Assembly (NCBI GenBank): GCA_045541975.1
Contig: JAZQKB010000037.1
Coordinates: forward strand, 142,326 to 206,325
From: Clostridia bacterium
GTDB taxonomy: Bacteria; Bacillota; Clostridia; UMGS1840
DNA: 64,000 nucleotides
Direction: 5' to 3'
This document shows positions 30,436 to 37,057 of the stretch, piece by piece. The position numbers and the translations under genes are program-made. Numbering within the stretch: position 1 is the first letter of the stretch; every line of letters starts with the position of its first letter. The notes under the pieces are model-generated. The model ran no database searches. It was not told the DNA's origin and saw nothing but the letters and a program-made list of their open reading frames with translations.

Positions 30436-31716
30436 ATGGGATTATTTGGGCCCTCAAAAAAAGAAAAAGTATTGCAGGCAGAAGTGGAAAGATTAAGTAG
30501 TTTGATGTTGCCTGAACATAGGGAAATTGATTCCCTTAATAAACAAATCGAAGTATTAAAAGCAGAAATAACAAACTTAGAAAAGACAATTGATGTTGAC
30601 CAAAAGAAGATTACTGATTTAAAAGCTAATATCAATACTTTGAATCATGAAATATTAGAGAAGAAAAAACAAATATCAATTTTCGATGTCGATATTGATG
30701 CTCAAGAATATGGTTTATACAAGCCGACTTTTGAATTTGCGAATTCAGACTTATATAAGGATAAATTAAAGGAATTGAGAGACAGACAAAAAGAATGTAT
30801 AAAAAATGATTCTGCAGCTCTTGGCAGTACTAATTGGACTGTTGATGGTAGTCAGGCAAAGGGACGTGCAATGGTTAAAGATAATAAGAAACTATTGCTC
30901 CGAGCTTTTAATGTTGAATGCGATGATATTGTTGCAAATGTTAAAGTATCAAATTTGGATAAATCTATCGAACGAATTAATAAGATAAGTGAACAAATTT
31001 CAAAGCTTGGAAAAACGATGTCAATTTCCATTACCCCTGGTTATATAAGATTGAAAATTGAAGAAGTAAAATTAGCATTGGATTTCCAACAAAAGAAACA
31101 AGAGGAAAAAGAGACGCTTAAAGAACTGCGAGCACAAGAAAGAGAAGAAGCAAAAGTTTTAAAAGAAATAGAAGAAGAAAGAAAACGCTTAAAGAAAGAA
31201 CAAACACATTATCAAAATGCTTTAGATAAAATTTTGAGTCAAATTGAAAAAAATGGTGAAACTGATGATTTGCTTGAGAAAAAAGCTCAGTTAGAAGCAC
31301 AAATTAATGATACAGCAGCTGCAATAGAAAATGTGGATTATCGTGAAGCAAACAGAAAAGCAGGTTATGTATACATAATAAGTAATATTGGTGCTTTTGG
31401 TGAAAATGTATATAAAATAGGCATGACGAGACGATTAGACCCACAGGAAAGAGTTGATGAACTTGGTGATGCATCTGTACCATTCAATTTTGATGTGCAT
31501 GCATTGATTTTTACAGATGATGCTCCTGGATTAGAAACTGCTTTACATAACGCTTTTGAATCAAGAAAATTAAATAAAATTAATTCTCGACGTGAATTTT
31601 TTGCAGTTTCTCTTGATGAAATCAAAGCGGAAGTTAGAAAGAATTTTGACAAAACAGTAGAATGGATAGATGTTCCAGAAGCAGAACAATACAGACAATC
31701 TTTATTGATTAAATAG
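30436..31716 (+). CDS. Coiled-coil / DUF4041 / T5orf172 (GIY-YIG-like) nuclease-domain protein (island gene B, 426 aa)
   Basis: An RBS AAAGGAG precedes it. The N-terminal heptad region spans aa ~10-80. The DUF4041-like core includes EYGLYKPTFEF...WTVDGSQAKGRAMV...LLLRAFNVECD. The C-terminal part, GYVYIISN...VYKIGMTRR...DELGDASVPFNFDVH...REFF, is T5orf172/MUG113-type. Confidence 0.8.
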   Translation: MGLFGPSKKEKVLQAEVERLSSLMLPEHREIDSLNKQIEVLKAEITNLEKTIDVDQKKITDLKANINTLNHEILEKKKQISIFDVDIDAQEYGLYKPTFEFANSDLYKDKLKELRDRQKECIKNDSAALGSTNWTVDGSQAKGRAMVKDNKKLLLRAFNVECDDIVANVKVSNLDKSIERINKISEQISKLGKTMSISITPGYIRLKIEEVKLALDFQQKKQEEKETLKELRAQEREEAKVLKEIEEERKRLKKEQTHYQNALDKILSQIEKNGETDDLLEKKAQLEAQINDTAAAIENVDYREANRKAGYVYIISNIGAFGENVYKIGMTRRLDPQERVDELGDASVPFNFDVHALIFTDDAPGLETALHNAFESRKLNKINSRREFFAVSLDEIKAEVRKNFDKTVEWIDVPEAEQYRQSLLIK

Positions 31717-31739
31717 TCATGATCTGTATAGGATGATTC

Positions 31740-31786
31740 TACTCGTGTCAAGTCCATACAATTTAAAACATTAGTTTGCCGATTTT
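31740..31786 (+). repeat. 47-bp dispersed repeat, copy 1
   Basis: TACTCGTGTCAAGTCCATACAATTTAAAACATTAGTTTGCCGATTTT matches 59493-59538 with 2 mismatches and 1 indel. Confidence 0.85.
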
Positions 31787-31917
31787 GATATTTACATATA
31801 CTGTCGGGAGCGAGAAAATTCGGTATTCTCGCGGGTTCTAAGGAAAAGTATTAAAGGAAAAACAGTGAGAAAATTAAGGAAAAATTAGTAGGTCCTATTA
31901 TTCACTGTTCTCCTGAC

Positions 31918-31934
31918 TTGACAAGAACTTGACG
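31918..31934. repeat. Island right-side direct copy of the boundary motif (TTGACAAGAACTTGACG)
   Basis: It aligns to 29554-29571 with 1 gap and 2 mismatches. Confidence 0.5.
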
Positions 31935-31988
31935 CCAAAAAGGTTTACATCTATACCTTATGTGTCGCAATCATAAAAGAAGACATCG

Positions 31989-32015
31989 CTTGTAACAAGT
32001 CTATAAGATTTAAAA
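31989..32015 (+). repeat. Degenerate partial copy of the 47-bp repeat (5' half only)
   Basis: CTTGTAACAAGTCTATAAGATTTAAAA can be compared with CTCGTGTCAAGTCTATAAAATTTAAAA at 59495. Confidence 0.55.
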
Positions 32016-32084
32016 TATTTTTCTGAGTATGGAACAAATTTCCTTTTGATGCCGTCTAACTGGATAGAAAGGGAGGCGATAAAT

Positions 32085-32315
32085 TTGAAAAAAATATGTT
32101 GTATTCTTATATTACTTTTTTTAAGTACCTTATCGACTACTTCCGCTCAGGAAAAACTACTTCAGTTTCCGTCTACCGTACAAGAATCGGTTCTTACACA
32201 CGAAGTCATTCAGGATGATTTGGTATATCACGGTGAAGAACACGAGTTTCATGATCTGCTCTACCGTGGAGAAGAAATCACAATTGTAAAACTATCCGAA
32301 AACGAATGTGAATAA
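32085..32315 (+). CDS. Small secreted acidic protein (76 aa), unknown function
   Basis: TTG 32085 lies 8 nt after GGGAGG. The signal peptide is KKICCILILLFLSTLSTTSA|QE. The mature part is rich in E/D/H. A terminator follows. Confidence 0.5.
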   Translation: MKKICCILILLFLSTLSTTSAQEKLLQFPSTVQESVLTHEVIQDDLVYHGEEHEFHDLLYRGEEITIVKLSENECE

Positions 32316-32330
32316 TGTTTCATAAGAATA

Positions 32331-32370
32331 AAAAACAAAAACCCGAATGCATATTGCATTCGGGTTTTCT
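32331..32370. terminator. Bidirectional terminator
   Basis: The perfect palindrome ACCCGAATGCA TAT TGCATTCGGGT is flanked by an A-run and a T-run, between convergent genes. Confidence 0.85.
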
Positions 32371-32384
32371 GTTATGCAAAATAA

Positions 32385-32654
32385 TTATTCAGCAGCTTTG
32401 ATTTCTTCAAAACATGCGCTGCAATATACAGGTTTGTCATCTCTGGGGATGAAGGGAACTTTTGCTTCGCCGCCGCATTTTGCGCAAACAGCAGTGTGCA
32501 GTTCTCTTTTAGCTCCTTTTCTTGCAGTTCTGCAATCTTTGCATCTGGAAGGTTTGTTCTGGAAACCTTTTTCAGCATAGAATTCCTGTTCACCTGCGGT
32601 GAATACAAATTCAGCTCCACAGTCTTTGCAGATTAAAGTTTCGTCTTGATACAT
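32385..32654 (-). CDS. Zinc-ribbon protein with four CxxC motifs
   Basis: MYQDETLICKDCGAEFVFTAGEQEFYAEKGF..CKDCR...CAKCG...CSAC belongs to a widespread small cytoplasmic zinc-ribbon family. Confidence 0.8.
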   Translation of the reverse strand: MYQDETLICKDCGAEFVFTAGEQEFYAEKGFQNKPSRCKDCRTARKGAKRELHTAVCAKCGGEAKVPFIPRDDKPVYCSACFEEIKAAE

Positions 32655-32737
32655 GAGATACTCTCCTTAGTAAATGTGTATATAAATATTTTTTAGCCTT
32701 TTTTATTGAACTTCTTGACGTTGCTGGGGCAGTTTTA

Positions 32738-33298
32738 TTATAAGAACAGGGGCGCTGCCTTTTTTTTGATTCTCTGCAAAGCATTGTCAATTGATTTTGG
32801 CGATTTACCAAGGACAGTTGCAATTTCTTTGTAGGTCATACCGGAACTAACTAGATATAGTACCGAAAGTTCAAATTTACTTAAAATCTCTTTCAGCTTT
32901 TCGTTTAGGATGCTAACATCTTCATGGTCGAAAAACGCTTCTTCCGGTCCCTCCGTTTTTAATTCTTTCCAAACGGTTTCGTCAGCTTCTATAGAAACTG
33001 ATTGGTTGAGGGGAGCGTGTTTTTTTCTGAGAGAATTTTTAATGACTGTTTTTAAGCGTAATACAATGCATCGTTTTGCAAACAATTCAAAAGGGACTTC
33101 TTTTTTTGCATCATAACTTTTTACTGCCTGAAACAATCCGATCATACCTTCTTGCATCAGATCGTCTCTGTCGGCACCACTTAAAAAATACTTAAATGCC
33201 ATCGTACGAATAAAAGGTTTAAACTGCAGGAACAATTCTTCCAATGCGTTTTCGTCTAACTGTTTTGCTTTTGCAATTAGAATTGAATCAAGTTCCAT
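32738..33298 (-). CDS. Sigma-70 family sigma factor, SigH-like
   Basis: Region 2 is DLMQEGMIGLFQAVKSYD. FELFAKRCIVLRLKTVIKNSLRKKHAPLNQSVSI parallels the SigH-specific segment. Region 4 HTH is MTYKEIATVLGKSPKSIDNALQRIKKK. At 186 aa it is shorter than B. subtilis SigH. Confidence 0.75.
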   Translation of the reverse strand: MELDSILIAKAKQLDENALEELFLQFKPFIRTMAFKYFLSGADRDDLMQEGMIGLFQAVKSYDAKKEVPFELFAKRCIVLRLKTVIKNSLRKKHAPLNQSVSIEADETVWKELKTEGPEEAFFDHEDVSILNEKLKEILSKFELSVLYLVSSGMTYKEIATVLGKSPKSIDNALQRIKKKAAPLFL

Positions 33299-33339
33299 AA
33301 GACTGCATAATCCTTCTACATACTATACATTATACAGTA

Positions 33340-33368
33340 ATTATTGCATAAATTTATAGAGTTGTCAA
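33340..33368 (-). promoter_or_regulatory. Putative promoter of the sigH-like gene
   Basis: On the minus strand there is TTGACA (33368-33363), a 17-nt spacer and AATAAT (33345-33340), preceded by TGC (extended -10). Confidence 0.4.
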
Positions 33369-33482
33369 GTATTTTTCTGCAAAATTTACAAAAAAATATT
33401 ATATTTTTCGAGCGGTATTGTCACTTTTTGCTAAAATTTAACAAAAAAACTGATGATAATTACCAAAGGGATCGAAAAGAGA

Positions 33483-34052
33483 TTATCGGAAGGATTCCAA
33501 AATTTCTAATAATTCATATTCTGAGTTTACAAAAATACCGGATGAAAGAATTTTTCGATCTTCGTCAGTCAGAACAGATAAGTTGATTTTTTCCTCCATT
33601 ATGATTTCATTGGGAGTATTTTTTTTAACGACAATAATTTTATTGTTGTTAAGTTTTAAAAGAAAATGGTTGTCACAGTCTATATCCACAGTTTCTTCGA
33701 CTTCAATTAACTGTTCTTCAAAATTAAGAATTTTCCAATTTGGATGAAAGTCTAGTACTTCTGTTTGGCTTTTATGCTCTAGCTCATCCGGAAGAGGCAA
33801 AAGTCGATTCTTCTGGTGACCGCATGCATACAATGTGGACAGTTTTAGTGTGGCGGTTTTTTGAAGGGTAGGCACCGTTTCCTGTTTTAGTACTGTAGTA
33901 GCAGGGGGGCCTTGGGATATTAAACCTACAACGAGCAAAACCAACACAAGAATTGCACCGGGAATCAGTAGAATTTTAAAAAATCGTTTTCTTTTTTTTC
34001 GACGTTCGTAGTAATAAGGCGCAAACATCTCATCACTTCCTTTTTTTGTCAT
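33483..34052 (-). CDS. Membrane-anchored BofC-like domain protein
   Basis: It has an N-terminal TM segment (ILLIPGAILVLVLLVVGLI). The C-terminal pattern NHFLLKLNNNKIIVVKK...LTDEDRKILSSGIFVNSEYELLEILESF resembles the BofC C-domain. The assignment is tentative. Confidence 0.5.
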   Translation of the reverse strand: MTKKGSDEMFAPYYYERRKKRKRFFKILLIPGAILVLVLLVVGLISQGPPATTVLKQETVPTLQKTATLKLSTLYACGHQKNRLLPLPDELEHKSQTEVLDFHPNWKILNFEEQLIEVEETVDIDCDNHFLLKLNNNKIIVVKKNTPNEIIMEEKINLSVLTDEDRKILSSGIFVNSEYELLEILESFR

Positions 34053-34206
34053 TGTTGCCTGAAGAAGTGAAAATATACACTTTTACTAAAATCTGTTATG
34101 TTTTTTTAAAAAAAGGAAATACTACTGTTGCCGGAATGTGATGGCTTCGATTGATTATTGCTGAGGGTATTCTTTTGTTTTGGTAAAACGGACAAAAAAC
34201 CAAATC

Positions 34207-34364
34207 GGAAAACTTTGTTTGTTCGTTTTTAGTCAATCTGTGGAAAAACACGAAAAAACTTCCGGAAATTTGCCTTTGGAAAATCCATTGAAAACTTGAT
34301 GTTTTAACGGGTTTTTATTATTTTTGAAAAACTTTTGAAAACTTTGAAAAAAACTGTGGAAAAC
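34207..34364 (+). repeat. Array of at least 8 direct T(T/G)GAAAA(A)C repeats upstream of the BMC promoter
   Basis: Copies lie at 34207, 34241, 34277, 34288, 34324, 34335, 34344 and 34357. The inverted pair TGAAAAC-N5-GTTTTAA lies at 34289-34308. Confidence 0.7.
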
Positions 34365-34366
34365 TA

Positions 34367-34395
34367 TTGACAAAATCAAAAAAAAAGAGTATAAT
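34367..34395 (+). promoter_or_regulatory. Consensus sigma-A promoter of the BMC operon
   Basis: TTGACA (34367-34372), a 17-nt spacer and TATAAT (34390-34395) lie about 45 nt upstream of the aldolase ATG. Confidence 0.75.
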
Positions 34396-34439
34396 ACAGA
34401 CAAAAACAAAAATAAACACAGAAAAAGGGGTTTTTGATT

Positions 34440-35234
34440 ATGGCTATGATGAACGAGTACGAAATCAAAAAAGAAATGTGTGAAGTCGGCAGAAGAATTT
34501 ATATGAACGGCTTCGTTGCCGCTAACGACGGTAATATTACAGTAAAAATTTCCGACAATGTATTTTTTGCAACTCCCACCGGTGTATCCAAGGGTTATAT
34601 GACTCCTGATATGATCATCAAGGTTGACGGAGAAGGTAAAGTCCTGGAAGGAAAATTAAAACCCTCCAGCGAATTAAAAATGCATTTAAGAGTATATAAA
34701 GAAAGACCTGACGTAAGAGCAGTTGTGCATGCACATCCGCCCACAGCTACCGGTTTTGCAATTGCAGGTGTTCCGCTGGATAAATACACCATGCCGGAAG
34801 CAATCATTTTCTTAGGTACTGTTCCGATTGCAAAATACGGTACTCCTTCTACCGATGAAATTCCGGATGCAGTTTCCGAACACTTACAGAGCTATGATGC
34901 CTTCTTACTGGAAAACCATGGTGCATTAACCGTTGGTAACTCCTTAATGAATGCATACTTCAAAATGGAAACCTTAGAATTTTATGCAAAGATTTCCTTA
35001 AATGCAAGATTATTAGGTGGTGAACAGGAATTAACCTGTGACCAGATTGATAAACTGATGCAGGTGAGAGCTGCATTTAAAGTACCCGGCAAACATCCCG
35101 GTTGCAAAAAATGCGAAAAGAACGGAACTCCCGAATGTAAAGAAGCACAGAGACTGGCTAAAAAAGAAGATAACCCGGATGCTGCTCTGGTTGCAGAAAT
35201 TACTCAGAAAGTTCTGGCAGCAATGGGTAAATAA
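34440..35234 (+). CDS. Class II aldolase (L-fuculose/rhamnulose-1-phosphate aldolase-like) with C-terminal extension
   Basis: It has the class II aldolase/adducin fold (AANDGNITVK, SSELKMHL, VVHAHPP, LLENHGALTVG). A ~50-aa tail follows, with CKKCEKNGTPEC and the amphipathic DAALVAEITQKVLAAMGK. ATG 34440 is 9 nt after AAAGGGG. Confidence 0.85.
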   Translation: MAMMNEYEIKKEMCEVGRRIYMNGFVAANDGNITVKISDNVFFATPTGVSKGYMTPDMIIKVDGEGKVLEGKLKPSSELKMHLRVYKERPDVRAVVHAHPPTATGFAIAGVPLDKYTMPEAIIFLGTVPIAKYGTPSTDEIPDAVSEHLQSYDAFLLENHGALTVGNSLMNAYFKMETLEFYAKISLNARLLGGEQELTCDQIDKLMQVRAAFKVPGKHPGCKKCEKNGTPECKEAQRLAKKEDNPDAALVAEITQKVLAAMGK

Positions 35235-35324
35235 TTCAATTGCTACACTATTATATATAATAGAAAGGAAAGGTCTGACCGGAATACCGTTTGTATTTTC
35301 GTAGGACAAAGATGGTGAACACTT

Positions 35325-36989
35325 ATGCGATCTAACCGATTTAAAGTGCTGGGGCAAAGACCTGTCCATCAAGATGGGTTCATGAAGGAATGGGAAGAAG
35401 TTGGCTTTGTTGCCATGGATTCCAAGTATGATCCAAAGCCCTCTTTGAAAATCGAAAACGGTATCATCGTGGAAATGGACGGCAAGCGTCGGGAAGAGTT
35501 TGACTTTATCGACAGCTTTATCGCAGACCATGCCATCGACTTATCTGTTGCAGAAAAAGCAATGGCGATTGACAGTTTACAGTATGCCAGAGATTTGTGC
35601 GATATTAACACCGATAATAAAGAATTAAAGAAGCTGTTCTCCGGTTTGACCGCTGCAAAGCTGAAGGAAATCATGAATCACATGAATGTGGTTGAAATGA
35701 TGATGGCGATGCAGAAAATGAGAGAAAGAAAAACACCTTCCAACCAATGTCACGTCACCAACTTAGACGATAACCCGGTGCAGATTGCCTGCGATGCCGC
35801 AGAAGCAACCTTCCGAGGTTTTGACGAAACCGAAACCACCGTAGGGATTGCCCGGTATGCACCCCTTTGCGCAGTTGGTCTTTTCATCGGATCTCAGGTT
35901 GGTCGTCCTGGCGTTCTGTCTCAGTGTGGGGTAGAAGAAGCTGTGGAATTAAAACTTGGTATGAAAGGGTTTACCACCTATGCGGAAACCATTTCCGTAT
36001 ACGGTACCGAGAAAGTATTTATTGACGGGGATGACACGCCCTATTCTAAAGCATTTTTAGCATCTGCTTACGCTTCCCGTGGCATGAAGATGCGCTGCAC
36101 CTCCGGTACAGGCTCTGAAGTTTTAATGGGAAATGCGGAAAAGAAATCCATGCTTTATCTGGAAATCCGTTGTCTTCTGGTTATTAAAGGTGCAGGCGTT
36201 CAGGGTACTCAGAACGGTGCAATCAGTTGTATCGGTATCACCGGCTCTGTGCCTTCCGGTATTCGTTGTGTGTTAGCGGAAAATTTAGTTGCCGCTCAGC
36301 TTGGTTTGGAGGTTGCCTCCGGTAACGACCAGACCTTCTCTCACAGTGATATCAGAAGAACGGCAAGAATGCTGATGCAGATGCTTCCCGGAACAGACTT
36401 TATCTTCTCTGGGTATAGCTCCATCCCCAACTACGACAATATGTTTGCCGGTGCGAACTTTGATGCAGAGGATTTTGATGACTACAATGTTCTTCAACGT
36501 GATTTGAAAGTGGACGGCGGTCTTCGTCCCGTATCGGAAGAAGATGTGATCCGTGTTCGTATGAAAGCAGCAAAAGCTGTTCAGGCAGTGTTTGCCTGCT
36601 TAGGATTCCCCAAAGTTACGGACGAACAGGTAGAGCAGGCTGTTTACGCTCACGGCAGTAAAGATATTACTGCAAAACGTAACGTTAACGAAGATCTTGC
36701 TGCTGCACAGAAGTTAGTTGACGGCGATATCACCGGGGTAGACATTGTGCAGGCACTGAATAATTCAGGCTTTCACGATGTGGCAGTTGCAGTATTTAAT
36801 ATGTTAAAACAGCGTTTATCTGCTGACTATCTGCAAACTGCTTCCATTTTAAATGACCAGTTTGAAGTGTTAAGCTCGGTGAACCATCCCAATGATTATA
36901 ACGGTCCCGGTACCGGTTACCGTGTTTCCGGCGAACGTTGGGAAGAAATTAAAAATATTAAGGATACCTTAGATCCTACCGCTATTTAG
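35325..36989 (+). CDS. pduC: B12-dependent diol (propanediol) dehydratase large subunit
   Basis: It is 554 aa. The N-terminus MRSNRFKVLGQRPVHQDGFMKEWEEVGFVAMDS and the full-length pattern match PduC/PddA. Confidence 0.95.
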   Translation: MRSNRFKVLGQRPVHQDGFMKEWEEVGFVAMDSKYDPKPSLKIENGIIVEMDGKRREEFDFIDSFIADHAIDLSVAEKAMAIDSLQYARDLCDINTDNKELKKLFSGLTAAKLKEIMNHMNVVEMMMAMQKMRERKTPSNQCHVTNLDDNPVQIACDAAEATFRGFDETETTVGIARYAPLCAVGLFIGSQVGRPGVLSQCGVEEAVELKLGMKGFTTYAETISVYGTEKVFIDGDDTPYSKAFLASAYASRGMKMRCTSGTGSEVLMGNAEKKSMLYLEIRCLLVIKGAGVQGTQNGAISCIGITGSVPSGIRCVLAENLVAAQLGLEVASGNDQTFSHSDIRRTARMLMQMLPGTDFIFSGYSSIPNYDNMFAGANFDAEDFDDYNVLQRDLKVDGGLRPVSEEDVIRVRMKAAKAVQAVFACLGFPKVTDEQVEQAVYAHGSKDITAKRNVNEDLAAAQKLVDGDITGVDIVQALNNSGFHDVAVAVFNMLKQRLSADYLQTASILNDQFEVLSSVNHPNDYNGPGTGYRVSGERWEEIKNIKDTLDPTAI

Positions 36990-37057
36990 AATTTAAAAGA
37001 AAGGATTAGTGCATTTTTACTTTTATAAAATTGAATAAAAATGTATGTGGTATCAGT

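Larger units (their letters stand above)
29547..32084 (+). other. AT-rich, repeat-bounded inserted island (two-gene cassette plus ~370 bp non-coding tail)
   Basis: By spot counts GC drops to about 27-30%, against about 40-47% in neighbouring genes. The genes lack housekeeping character. Boundary repeats are listed separately. No integrase is present. Confidence 0.5.

Noticed and set aside
33344-33586. 80-aa plus-strand ORF in the sigH-like/BofC-like intergenic region, and ORFs 32347-32580, 32372-32620 and 32611-32823 around the zinc-ribbon gene
   Set aside because: They overlap better-supported minus-strand genes or promoter DNA, and they have AT-rich low-complexity translations with no RBS.
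34207-34364. Short GAAAAC repeats as a CRISPR array
   Set aside because: The repeat unit is only about 8 nt with a period of about 10-35 nt and no spacers. No cas genes are present, and the array lies directly upstream of a promoter.
34053-35324. Adenosylcobalamin riboswitch in the BMC leader or spacers (also checked 45447-45617)
   Set aside because: I could not find a B12-box-like conserved core or the expected multi-stem architecture. The leader from the predicted transcription start to the ATG is only about 40 nt. Confirmation would need an Infernal/Rfam scan.
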